A stretch of 64,000 nt of DNA from Parasitella parasitica NRRL 2501. Lineage: Eukaryota; Fungi; Mucoromycota. This document shows, piece by piece, positions 36,757-48,155 of this stretch. Every line of letters starts with the position of its first letter. The first letter of the stretch is position 1. The stretch is from the NCBI GenBank assembly GCA_025201805.1, contig MU619267.1:62001-126000 (forward strand), in the 5' to 3' direction. The translations under genes and the position numbers were made by a program. Under the pieces are notes generated by a model. That model saw only the letters and a program-made list of their open reading frames with translations, did not search any database and was not told the DNA's origin.

Positions 36757-38075
36757 ATGTCTACGTAAAGTACTAGTTGATCTGCTCCTTTGTATGTACT
36801 AACCAAACGTCATTGTAGCCCTGCAACTTTCCGCAAGCTCCAAGCCTTTGAAGTTGGCAATGATTTCACCAAGGTTACCAAGATTGTCTCGGTCAATTAC
36901 AACGACTTGATTCAAAACTTGAAGCACAATAGCGTTGTCGTAAAGAACTTTTATGTGGGTATCAACGCATCCGATATTAATTTCACCAACGGCAAATATA
37001 TCCCTGGTATCAAACCGTAAGTTAGAATGTCATTATTTTTACGTTTCTCTGACCCTGTACCTAGTCCCTTTGACGTTGGATTCGAAGCTCTCGGTGAGAT
37101 CGTTGCTGTTGGCGCTGGTGTATCCAGAGATAAGATTGGCTCTTATGTAATCTACACTCAATATGGTGCTTTTGCTGAATATGTCGAGGTATCCCAAAAA
37201 GCTGTTATGACCGTTCCTGTAAGTTTTGTCGCTTCAAGAGCACTTGCACATACATGGTTTTTGATATACGTCCTTGTAGAATGCCAGCCCTGAACTTCTT
37301 GGTCTTTTGACCTCTGGATTAACGGCATCAATTGCTTTGGCTGAGACGGGTCGTATGACTAAGGGAGAAACCGTTCTTGTTACTGCAGGTAAGCTGCATT
37401 TTTCAATGATCAGATTGAGAGCAAGGACTAAGTCCATAACTAGCTGCGGGCGGTGCTGGCCAAATTGCTGTGCAATTAGCCAAGTTGGCTGGCAACCATG
37501 TCATTGGCACATGCTCCAATGACGACAAGGTTGCTATGCTCAAGGTAAACTACGAGTGGTTTTTCAAATTGTAGGGTTTCTGCAGATTACTCAATGCACA
37601 CACATAGGAAATGGGATGTGACAGAGTAATTAATTACAAAAAAGAAGATTTCAAGGCAGTTATGAAGAAAGAATACCCTCGCGGTGTCGATATTATATTT
37701 GAAAGTGTTGGCGGCAACTTTTTTGACATTTGTCTCAAGAGTCTTGCTGTGCGCGGTCGTTTGATTGTCATTGGCACAGTGTCTACTTATGCCGATGCAA
37801 ATGGTATGGCTGGTGACAATGTCAATACATTGAAGCTTCTTGGTACTTCTCGCACCGTCGCTGGCTTCTTTATGCCTGATTACATGGAATTGTCGGCTTC
37901 ACACATGGCTAATATGATCAAACTAGTCAGGGAAGGCAAGCTTAAGGTTCTTATTGATAACGGCGGCTTGAATGGAATTGACTCCGTGGCTGCTGGTGTT
38001 GCATATTTGCACTCTGGCAAGAACAAGGGCAAGGTTGTCATACCTCTTCATGATGCGAAATCTTCAAAGATCTGA
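36757..38075 (+). CDS. NADPH-dependent medium-chain reductase, PTGR3/ZADH2-like, multi-exon
   Basis: [16 protein letters not shown]; [11 protein letters not shown]; [10 protein letters not shown]; VLVTA|[11 protein letters not shown]; [15 protein letters not shown]; [12 protein letters not shown]; ends SKI. Confidence 0.88.
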
Positions 38076-38254
38076 TCGTTTTGAATACTTTTTCCTAATA
38101 ATAAACAGTCGTAAGAGTCACCGTTTTGTTTGCGGAGATGTCCAACTGACGAAACTTGACATCCACCGATATGTTGGATTCCCCAACTTCTTTCTTTTTT
38201 TTTTTTCTTTTTACCTCTTTCTTTCAACTTATATCCAAACAGCAACACTAAATA

Positions 38255-38911
38255 ATGAAGCCTTACCAACGTGAATTTATCGAGTTTGCTCTTGCAAATC
38301 AAGTCTTGAAATTCGGTTCATTCCATCTCAAATCCGGCCGTGTTTCACCTTATTTCTTCAACGCTGGCTTGTTCAATAGCGGTGGGACTTTGGGTGCCAT
38401 TGGCCGGTTCTACGCTGCTGCTCTCGAGGATGCAGGTTTCGAATACAATGTTCTTTTCGGTCCCGCCTATAAGGGCATTCCTCTTGTTTGTGCTACTGCT
38501 TTGTCTTTATCAAATGATTACAACAAGGATGCCCCATTCTCGTTCAATCGCAAGGAAAAAAAAGACCACGGTGAAGGCGGCAATATTGTTGGCACTCCTT
38601 TGAAGGGAAAGATAGTCGTTGTTGATGATGTTATTACTGCTGGTACTGCTATTAATGAATCAATTGAAATCATCAAGCAAAACAATGCTGAGCTTGCGGG
38701 TGTGCTTGTTGCTGTTGATCGTGCTGAAGTTGCTCCCGATGGTACCGGTAAAAGTGCAATCCAAGCTGTTGAGGAAAAGAATAATGTTCAGGTTCGTGCT
38801 ATAATCTCTATGGATCACATTATGGAATTCATGGAAGAAAAGGGTACTTTTGCTGATGAGCTTGAGCTCATGAAGGAGTATAAGGCTCAGTATGGCATAA
38901 AGAAGGATTAA
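38255..38911 (+). CDS. URA5: Orotate phosphoribosyltransferase (pyrF in Mucor nomenclature), intronless
   Basis: LKFGSFHLKSGRVSPYFFNAG; LFGPAYKGIP; FNRKEKKDHGEGG; VVVDDVITAGTA PRPP motif. Confidence 0.97.
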   Translation: MKPYQREFIEFALANQVLKFGSFHLKSGRVSPYFFNAGLFNSGGTLGAIGRFYAAALEDAGFEYNVLFGPAYKGIPLVCATALSLSNDYNKDAPFSFNRKEKKDHGEGGNIVGTPLKGKIVVVDDVITAGTAINESIEIIKQNNAELAGVLVAVDRAEVAPDGTGKSAIQAVEEKNNVQVRAIISMDHIMEFMEEKGTFADELELMKEYKAQYGIKKD

Positions 38912-39610
38912 ACAAATGTTCCATTATTATCGCAGTTGTTTGGATTTTGGCTACGGGAGAGGTAGAAAATAAAAATTATTTATGAAATAATAGAGAGCTG
39001 GGCAGTATGTAAACGAATTCATGTTTGCCATAATTGATCTACGCCTGTATCGTTAATTCTAACGTTTGGCATACCCCGTTTCCCGTAAATTTCTGCTGTG
39101 CAATACAAAGACACAGGTAAATCAAGTGATACTGGCGAAAAATTGCTAAATATCTTCCATTTTTTCATTATAATGAAGCTAGTTTCTTGTGTATCAATTG
39201 CTTCTTTACGTAAAAACACTCACTGTTAATACAGAAACATGGCAAATTGTTGGATTTGTTTATGCTGCTATAAATATTTATAGATCGTTAACAAACAACT
39301 TGAAAAAAAAAAAAAAAGGGTTCAAGGGTTCAGTCCAACTAGCAAGCTGGATCAATCCGATATTTTTTCAGGCTGAACTCTATATACACGTCGGCATAAA
39401 CACAACTGTTTGAAAAAAGATAATATTACTAATGATGTCTTGAATCACACTATATAGAATTCTACTAACACTGGGACTTTGAGAGGCATGATTGGCCGGG
39501 TAAAGTCTGCAGAAAGAAGCCGTTTTCTTTTGCGGCTATTTAATCACTTGCGTTGTTAAATTTACGCGGATTTCCATCTTCTTTTTTCTTTCTCGTTACA
39601 TCAGACAAAT

Positions 39611-40336
39611 ATGCCTCCAACTGTAGTGCAAGAAACTAAAGTTCCTCGAACAAATGAAAACATATTTTTATTCATACCTAATCTTATCGGTAAGGAATAC
39701 ACAAAATGTCAGGAATGTTAAGAGGCTTGACCTCATGTCCTCATATGATTATGGTCCTCAGGTTATACGCGAATCATCCTTGCATCCTTGTCTTTATATT
39801 ATATGCCTTGGCACCCCAAGGTCTGCGTAAGTCTATATTGTATCTCGTGTTTGTTGGATGCTGTCGATGGTAATGCTGCCAGACACTTTAACCAATGTAA
39901 GTTTTGACGGATGCAATTTGAAACTGTATTGAACATGATTCATTTCAGGCAGTCGATTTGGTGCTGTATTGGACATGGTGACGGATAGGTAATGAATTTT
40001 GCAATGGTCATATGAAGAACAGTAATTGACCCTTTTTTCCCCCCCCCAGATGCACTACAACTTGCCTTTTGTGTTTCTTGTCTCTTAAATATCCTGAGTG
40101 GACCATTCTTTTCCAATTCTTAGTCTCACTTGATTTCAGCTCTCATTATATGCACATGTATAGGTATGTTTGACAGCAGACTTGGAGGGCATAGCAACGA
40201 TTAACAGCAAAATAATTTTAGCTCAATGATCTCAGGATCATCTAGTCACAAGAAGATCAGTGAGAAGCAAAGTTGGTATCTTCGTATTTATTACACCAAC
40301 AATGTAGGTTCAATTATAGAGATATANNNNNNNNNN

Positions 40337-40367
<31 letters not shown>

Positions 40368-40676
40368 CCCCACTCATGTGCGTATTTCTGGTAGATTGTT
40401 TTATTCATCATGTGCGCTGGTAATGAGCTTTTCTTTGTTGCGCTCTACGTTCTCAAATTTACTGGACCATTAAATCGTAAGGAAGGAGGGATGGAAAGCA
40501 TGAATAACTTACAAATGTGTTTTATAGTATTTTGGTGGAGTATATTAGCAGTGACAGGTGTAATTTGCTTTGCTAAGCAATGCATCAATGTCGTACAAAT
40601 TGTAAATGCTAGCAAGACCTTAGCGACCATTGATCAGGAAGAGAGGGCGAAAATTGCTTTAGACAAAAGTAATTAG
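39611..40676 (+). CDS. PIS1: CDP-diacylglycerol-inositol 3-phosphatidyltransferase, multi-exon
   Basis: ENIFLFIPNLIG|YTRIIL; LLDAVDGNAARHFNQ..FGAVLDMVTDR (CDP-alcohol phosphotransferase motif); SLDFSSHYMHMY; SSHKK; CAGNELFF. Confidence 0.95.
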
Positions 40677-42766
40677 ATACATGGACATAGGAGAAGCAAA
40701 ATGTGAATGAAATAACCCTAGAAAATAAATAAAAACATATCATTTCAAGAACATGAAGAGCAAGTTTATTAGGTTGTACTAACAGTGTGAGATGGAACAT
40801 GGAGAATCAATGAAAGCTCTGTTTCCAGCATCGGGATCAGACCATTTTCATTTCAAAAATCGAGTATGCATGAAATTAGCTTTGCATGGGCTATGTCTCA
40901 CGATCTCTTGAGAATGAGAAGAGCCAACCTTCCTTTTCAAGACTTTTCATTATCATCAACAAGGGCACATGCAAAAAAAAAAAATCTCTTTTCTATGTAG
41001 TCCTACCTTTCGATGCACGTTTAAAGCCCAAAACTCGAGGCATAAAACTATAAAAAGTCGCATCGAATCAATTGCGCATCATTTGTTGCTTGAGCAGATA
41101 TTTTACTTTTTCCGAAATAGTAAAACAACGCGTTTTGCTACAAATTTGTCCTTACAAGAACATAAACACCAAGCAGCTCAAGTAAATCTTGTCAATCCAT
41201 GTCTATTAGAGTAAATGTTGGACTTGTCTTGAAATACATTACTGGTAGACTTTATGGCGATAATGAACCTTTTCAGTGGAAATTATTCTCGTATTATATA
41301 CTTTATCATGTTCTACAATTTGGAAAAATGGTATTGGGAGTAATCTAGGTTCTTCGATTCCCAGGGTTAGGTTAAAGCGGCTTTTTTAAAATGTCTGCCA
41401 AGAACCGACGGTTGGGTTAGCATATCCATAGTAAGTCTAAAACGCAAAGTAGGGCTGTATGACCAATTCCGAACCTTCAGCATTTATCGTCGATACATAC
41501 TTGACTGTTGCTGCAATACATCAAGTGATCTTCTACTTGAAACTAACGCCTGAAACTGCTAAACGAAGGCGATAGAGTTCATTATAAAGGAGCTTAGCTC
41601 CATCAGCTGCATTTGATGCTTTATACCATGCAAAATCTTGACTTTAATCTAGATATCTAAGCTAAAACTTTAATGAACGCGTTGTTTAATCAATTGCTTG
41701 GCCATCCTGGTTAAGAGCTTGTCTAGAAATGTAAAACTTGCTACATTTTTTTTTTTTTTTTTTTTAATAAACTTGCAACATTTAGGATAGTATTAGGATT
41801 TCTGAATATAAAAATTTCCACTAAATGATACCACATGTAGTACAAAGCTTCTTGGACACAAATATTGAAAATTTTTTAGTCTTGTCTCCTTTTTGGGTAG
41901 CTCTAGAATCGTCTATGGGCATTTGGGCGCCTTGCTTACAGAAGTGGTTTAACCAGAATGTTTCATGACACTCTTTAGCTTCACTTGGTCATGAACGTTA
42001 TTTATCTTTAGTAAAAGTTTGTTTCCAGTATTAGTCGAATAACACGAGTCTGCATAGTCCTTTCTTCTTTTGAGCCTAAAACCGACATTTTTCCTAATAT
42101 AAAAACTGCTTATAAAAAACATCGACTTTGAGTTTCAAACCAAGCGCTAGATTCACAAATGTCGGTTGTATACTAATAGGTTTCTTGGTATTATATTATC
42201 GTCCAAATCATTATGGATACAAGATTGTTGGATAGGGGTGTTTGCCTTGGAATCATCAGTCCTCACGCTACAATTTTTCTCTTTTTCTTTTCGTCTTTAA
42301 GCCAAGTGTAACACGATACCACTTACTCCCTCTTGTTTCCTCTTCTCTTTCATTTACAACTAATCCAAATCTATCGTGAAAACCCAACATGTCGGCTCAC
42401 GAGGTGATGTCACGAAGTAGATATGTCTCTATTTTTTATCTCTTCTACATTGCGATCTTTTTTCCTCTTTCTTTCCCTCTCTGGCAATTTTTGTTGTTCG
42501 TTTAAAACCAAATTTTATAAGCCTTAGTTTCTTTTTTTTTTTTTCCAAGCTCACACCGAAACATTTCTTGCTTGAATCTGATTTACTTGATTAAATCGAA
42601 TAAGCAAACCTACTTTTCGCAATCATATACACAAAAGAACTGTTGAAACATTTAGCTGGTAACACCGATATGGAAAGAAAAAAAAAATATTCTATGGAAA
42701 TTTACTTTTTCAACAATTGCAATTACTCAGGGAAAACAAATACATGTTGAATAGTTTACACTAATT

Positions 42767-44922
42767 ATGGCAAAAAGTAGCAGTAGATCTAGCTCAGCAA
42801 CAAGTTCAACCGGAGGAGATCAGGACCAAAGATATAAAAGGTTTGTTAATGATTACAACGGAACTGGCCAAGTGAATCTGATTTTTTTTTCTTTTAATTC
42901 ACATAGGCTCAAAGTAGAGTCAGGTAGCGATATCGAAGAAACACCTGTTAGCGACGCTCTTGTTATTGCGCCTGCCGTTGGAAACATAAAAACACAGGCT
43001 GCATTTGTCAACAAGCTTTACAAGTAAACAGATGAAAATGAGTATCAAAAACAAAAATTAACGCTTGATTAATAGAATGCTAGAAGATCCAGATACCTCT
43101 GATTTGATCGCATGGTCAAGCCATGGAGATCTGTTCAGTGTATCAAACCCTACAGCATTTTCGAAAAGCGTTCTTCCGCAGTATTTTAAACATAATAACT
43201 GGCAAAGTTTTGTCAGGCAATTGAACAGTAAAATTATCGCTTTTTTCTATTTAGATTATGGAAATTTAATTTATCGCTCGATATAGTGTACGGATTCCAT
43301 AAAGTCAATGATTTGATCCATTCGAATCTAACAAACGAAAACCAAACATGGGAATTCAAGCATCCGAATTTTCGAAGAGGTGCAGTGGGAGATTTGCAAC
43401 ACATTAAGCGGAAAAGTGCAAAAACCCAACAGCTCCAATTGCAACAGCAATTGCAGCAACAGCAACAGCATCAACAGCAGCAGCAACGGGATCTTCAAAT
43501 ACAGCATCGCGAACAGGAAGAGCGAGAACAGCAACAACAGCACAGAGAAGAGCAGCAGCAGCAGTATTATACAAATAATACCGGTAATAGGAATGATAGC
43601 AACTTAAAACAAGAGATTGCTGATTTGCAAGATGATAATAATCCAGTGATAAAGCATATTTTACGAATTGAAGACCACTTACTAGGTGTAACTAGATCTT
43701 GTGAGCAGCTTTTTAATGAGGTTGTACATTTGAGAATGGTTGTTTCCAAGCAACAAACTGTAAGTTGTTTTTTCCTTTTTTAGGGGTTTTCAACTAGGGG
43801 CGGGGGTGGGGTGTGTGCATTAACCTTGTAGATTAGGATAATCGTGTTAATGGATATTTTTCTTATTTAGGCAATGCAGGATTTAGTCGATGTTGTTTCT
43901 TCGTCAGCAAAATCGAATAGTAATGAGAAACAGCCTTCACCTTGAGAAAAAAAAAAAAATTAATTAATCCATTTTTGTAGATTGTGGATGTTCTTCCAAC
44001 AGCAATAGTAACAATAATAACAACCAAGAGCTACAAAATGGTAAATGACGAATAGATATACTCAATCACAGTTTGCTTAACAATTAATTTATTAAAAATC
44101 AATCCTTNNNNNNNNNNACCAAAAAAAAAAAAAAGCTGAAAATCTTCGAATACAAGTTTCTAGAATGAAAGAGAATCAGATTATGAGCAATTCAGGTCAA
44201 AGCTTCAGCAATAACAACAACCAGAGCAACTATGGAAGCAACAGTAGCAGCAATAGCAGTAACCACAACACAACTGGCAATGAATCATCAAACGCAAGTT
44301 GGTCACCTATTGTGCCGCCCTTGTCAGCTTCTATCAAAATAGACCATTCTCAGTCTAATTCGTCTGATCCAAATTCCTTTTCTCAGCAAAATAACAATAA
44401 TGATACCAAACAACGAAAATTACTTTCATTTGATTCAATGCAGCAACAACAATGCCAATCATCTTATAGATTAGACAACCATAGCAGCTACAACGGTGGT
44501 CGTAATTCTACCTTAACCGCAAACAACAGCAGTGGCGACGAGCATGCTTACTACAACAGCATCAACTCCAATGGTGAGCCTCTCTCCAATTTTGAAAGGA
44601 AGTCATCTGAAGCTTCTTCAGCGTCTTCTTCGGCGTCTCATCAAAGATACAATGCTGGTAAGCTGGTTAGTTTCCATGTGTCCCTGAAAGATTTTTTTTT
44701 GACATGTATATAAAGTAGATTCTGAAGGGAATAAAACTAGATCTTCCAAGATGAGCTTTGGAAAGCAATCTCACATGCTAAATCCAATCGATGGTAAGCG
44801 CAAACACCGAAGAAAGTCCAAAGCAAAAGCACCATATTAAACAGTGATCTACGATAGATCGTTACCGAAACAAGAACAACAACAATAATGATGATGAAAA
44901 CGACAATAACAGCAAACACTAA
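42767..44922 (+). CDS. HSF-type DNA-binding transcription factor with poly-Q and N/S-rich regions; 3' end uncertain (44840 or 44922)
   Basis: AAFVNKLYK|MLED...LIAWS...FSKSVLPQYFKHNNWQSFVRQLN|MYGFHKV...WEFKHPNFRRG...IKRK, followed by a coiled-coil-like segment. Confidence 0.88.
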
Positions 44923-46680
44923 CAACGAATACCAGTAAAAAAAAAACCCCCCTCCCCCATTTTTTTTCTTTAATTATTATATCAAATGTTCGAATCAAAT
45001 TTATGCCTCTTTCAAAATATTATTTATAAAATTCATCCCTCCTTTTTTTCCCCAGAAATAAACCAGTTGTATATTCGTGTTGTGTGCGAGCGAGCATTTG
45101 ATTTTGCATGCTGCTATCTTGTCCAAGAAGTGGGCGTTTTGTTTGTTTGTTTGGATTAGATGCGCCACATCTTTTTAAGAATATATTGGATGTGCTTGTG
45201 TTATCATACCACTCGGGCCCTTCCCCCCCCCCCACTGCTCATTTTCATTATAAAACCCATCAATGATTGATGTTTTTTCGGTTTTGAAGGCATATTTTAT
45301 GGTGTTCTAGTGGGCAGCAAGTGCGCAAAACTACACCAAACAATTTCTCAGAACTTGTACTCGATATCTGATGCATTTTCACTTAAAAAATAGACAATGA
45401 AAAAATGATCGATTTTCAACAATTTTTGATGAGGGTTTACAAGGGAAAATTTGCGGAATAGCTATTATCCGATTTTTTGTTCTGAACAACCTGTTTTTAC
45501 CAAACCAAGTACTAGTAAAAAATGACCAGAAATACTCCAATTTTTATATAAAGCCGTCTGTTGGAGGTGTTACTTAAGCAAGTTACAGTCTTTTAGTCGA
45601 AAAACGTATTCTCCTTCAACTGCAGATTACTCGAAATTTTACGATAGCTTTTTACTTCAAAAGTATACCATTAGATGCGAAATTCAATATTCTACAAAAT
45701 TGATTAAGGCTATAATATGAACTATTTTTAAACTCAATTGATGGCGACTGCCATTCAAATACAGACTTTTAAAATTGTAATTTTTAAAAATTATCCAAAG
45801 ATTCTGACCTTCTTCAACATGAAGAGATAAGAGTAAGCTTTGACGATATGATATCAATTTATTCTAGTATGCATGTCTAGTCACATTTCTATACTGAAGC
45901 TTGCAAGTAAAGATCTCGATATCATGTAAACAAAGTTAAAGGGAAAAATTGAGAAGATTGTAGGTATACATTTTTAACGGTAAATGTCTTCTAAAGATGT
46001 TATAACTACTGATGTCTTATTACATAGACCTTTAATACTAATTCAGTCTTATTCAACGGAATATTTAGTTTTTATAAGTTCGCGACTCTTGATATTAGCC
46101 GGTGCCATTTGTTGTAGAGTACAACCATGCTTATTCCTTATTGGGTCTACATCATTGGCAACTGTGTCATTGGATGTGAAGATGGAACTTATAAGTGCTG
46201 TTGGAAAGGTTACGTTATCGTTAGATATAGTTTCTCAACACCATCTTCGGGTTTGACCGTCAAGAGTGGATTAAGTAACCTAATTTTCACTTTTGAGGGG
46301 TAGTTGTGCTCTTAAATCGCTTAAATATCTTCTTTCGAAACTGGGACTGTATAGCTTTATCTGGGTTTCCAATCAAGGGCAGAGTCAGAAGTGGTAAATT
46401 GACAGATGCAAAAACACTTTCTTCAAGAGGAACTGAAGACAGCGAGGATGTTCCTATTGAACACATACAAAATTTCATCCAGCACTTGATCAATATATTC
46501 TCTAGATATTTGAATAAATAACCTTTGTAACCGCCTTAATATTTGGTCAAATTATTTTCTCAAAAGCGAGCAATTTATTTTCAAACTGCTGGGCAAATTT
46601 AGATTCTCACACAAATGTCCAAATTTTTTCAAAAAACTGGGCGGAGTTTTCAAACATCCGGTAAATTGAGAGTGGAAACA

Positions 46681-46814
46681 CAGTACAGCTAACGCAGTGC
46701 CAAAGGGCGGTTTTTTAAATCAAAAGGGCGGGCCATTTTACGTATATTTGTATTATAAAGTAGCCGCCCTTTAGTTTTAAAAAACCGCCCTTTGGCGTTG
46801 CGTTGACTGTATTG
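46681..46814. repeat. 51-bp imperfect inverted repeat with 32-nt spacer (MITE-like or hairpin)
   Basis: 46681-46731 pairs with 46764-46814 at 44/51 Watson-Crick positions; the inner unit 46686-46809 begins CAG, ends CTG and is flanked by TA on both sides. Confidence 0.85.
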
Positions 46815-48155
46815 ATGAAAAGTGCCAAACAAATCCAAATTTTTTTGTTTTCGGAAAATAATCAAAGAAAACCCTGGCTTCGTATCTTACCTCTGATTGG
46901 CCAAAAAATCTGATATTTTGGACGCGCAGCTTCCGCGATAAAGATGATGGAATGCTCAAGCATGGCATTGTTTCAACGATATTAGAGTTCCCCAATATCG
47001 GTAGGATTGCCAATAAAGATAATCATCGTACTCTAGAAACAAAAACAAAAAAAACAAAAAAAGATGCTTTCAGGCCTTTTTTTTCTTTTGATTTCTTGAT
47101 CCTGCAAAGCAAAATTTACTGTCGTAAAAATTGCATGTTTTCATTTGTAAGTTTATACGCTGTCGAATATGCGTACATACATCATGTTAGGTAAACACTC
47201 CTCCAATTTTGACATACAGATGCAATAATGCTGATGTGTAGCCTGAGCTTTTTGGTGTCTTGATCTAGAGATGCTTCACTAGCACTCGTTATCCTAGAAA
47301 CATTAAAGCGTACCGATCTCCATGCAGATATCGCTTGGTTTAGATTTCAAACACAAAACCCTTATATGACAAACCTGCCTTATCAGCATCTTTGGCGCAT
47401 TTATCTTAATGGAGTGATCCATTTGACTGTAAACTTACACTAAATATGTGCTGTTAATGCGCTGCAATAGAAGGTTGGGCTATATGAGCGATCCATAAAG
47501 ATGCAATCGGTTCTTTATCTGAGACGACTTCAATATTCCTCACTGATATTCTGGCAGATGAAACGATCATGATGTTCTCTGAGTTCATAAATCTGGTAGT
47601 TACAGAGTAGACAGCTCTAACAATTAGAAATTGAGAATGGCTGGTGAGTTTCGATATTCTATCTGCGAATGTCTTTCCAGACCCTAGTGGAGCACTAACA
47701 ACAAAAACAAAACTGACATCAGACGCTGCCAAATATCTTTGTGAATTGCCTAATCCCTGGGGATTATGCGTTGGCATATTTATCGTTATTATAAAATGGA
47801 GGGGAATTTGTTTAGCCTTGCGTGTCGCTGCTTGTTATGGAATCTCAAACACATTTCAAAGGAATGCAGCAAATTTTTTTCTTGTAGGGCATACTTGCAA
47901 CATCGCATTAGCAGCGTTTACATAAATGATCTGTGCCTGAATCATGTGAAACAAGCACATTCACTCAATTGTGAAAATAAGCAAAATTAGTATAATATTC
48001 ACATCAAATTGTTTTTTTTAATGCCCCCACTTGCTATTTTACCCCACAAAAAAAAAAAAAAAATTATACACTACATAAATATAAAACATATCCAATCCTT
48101 GGCTGAATCCCTCTTTTCTCTCTTTTTCTTTCTTTTGAACTGAACAGAGACAACC

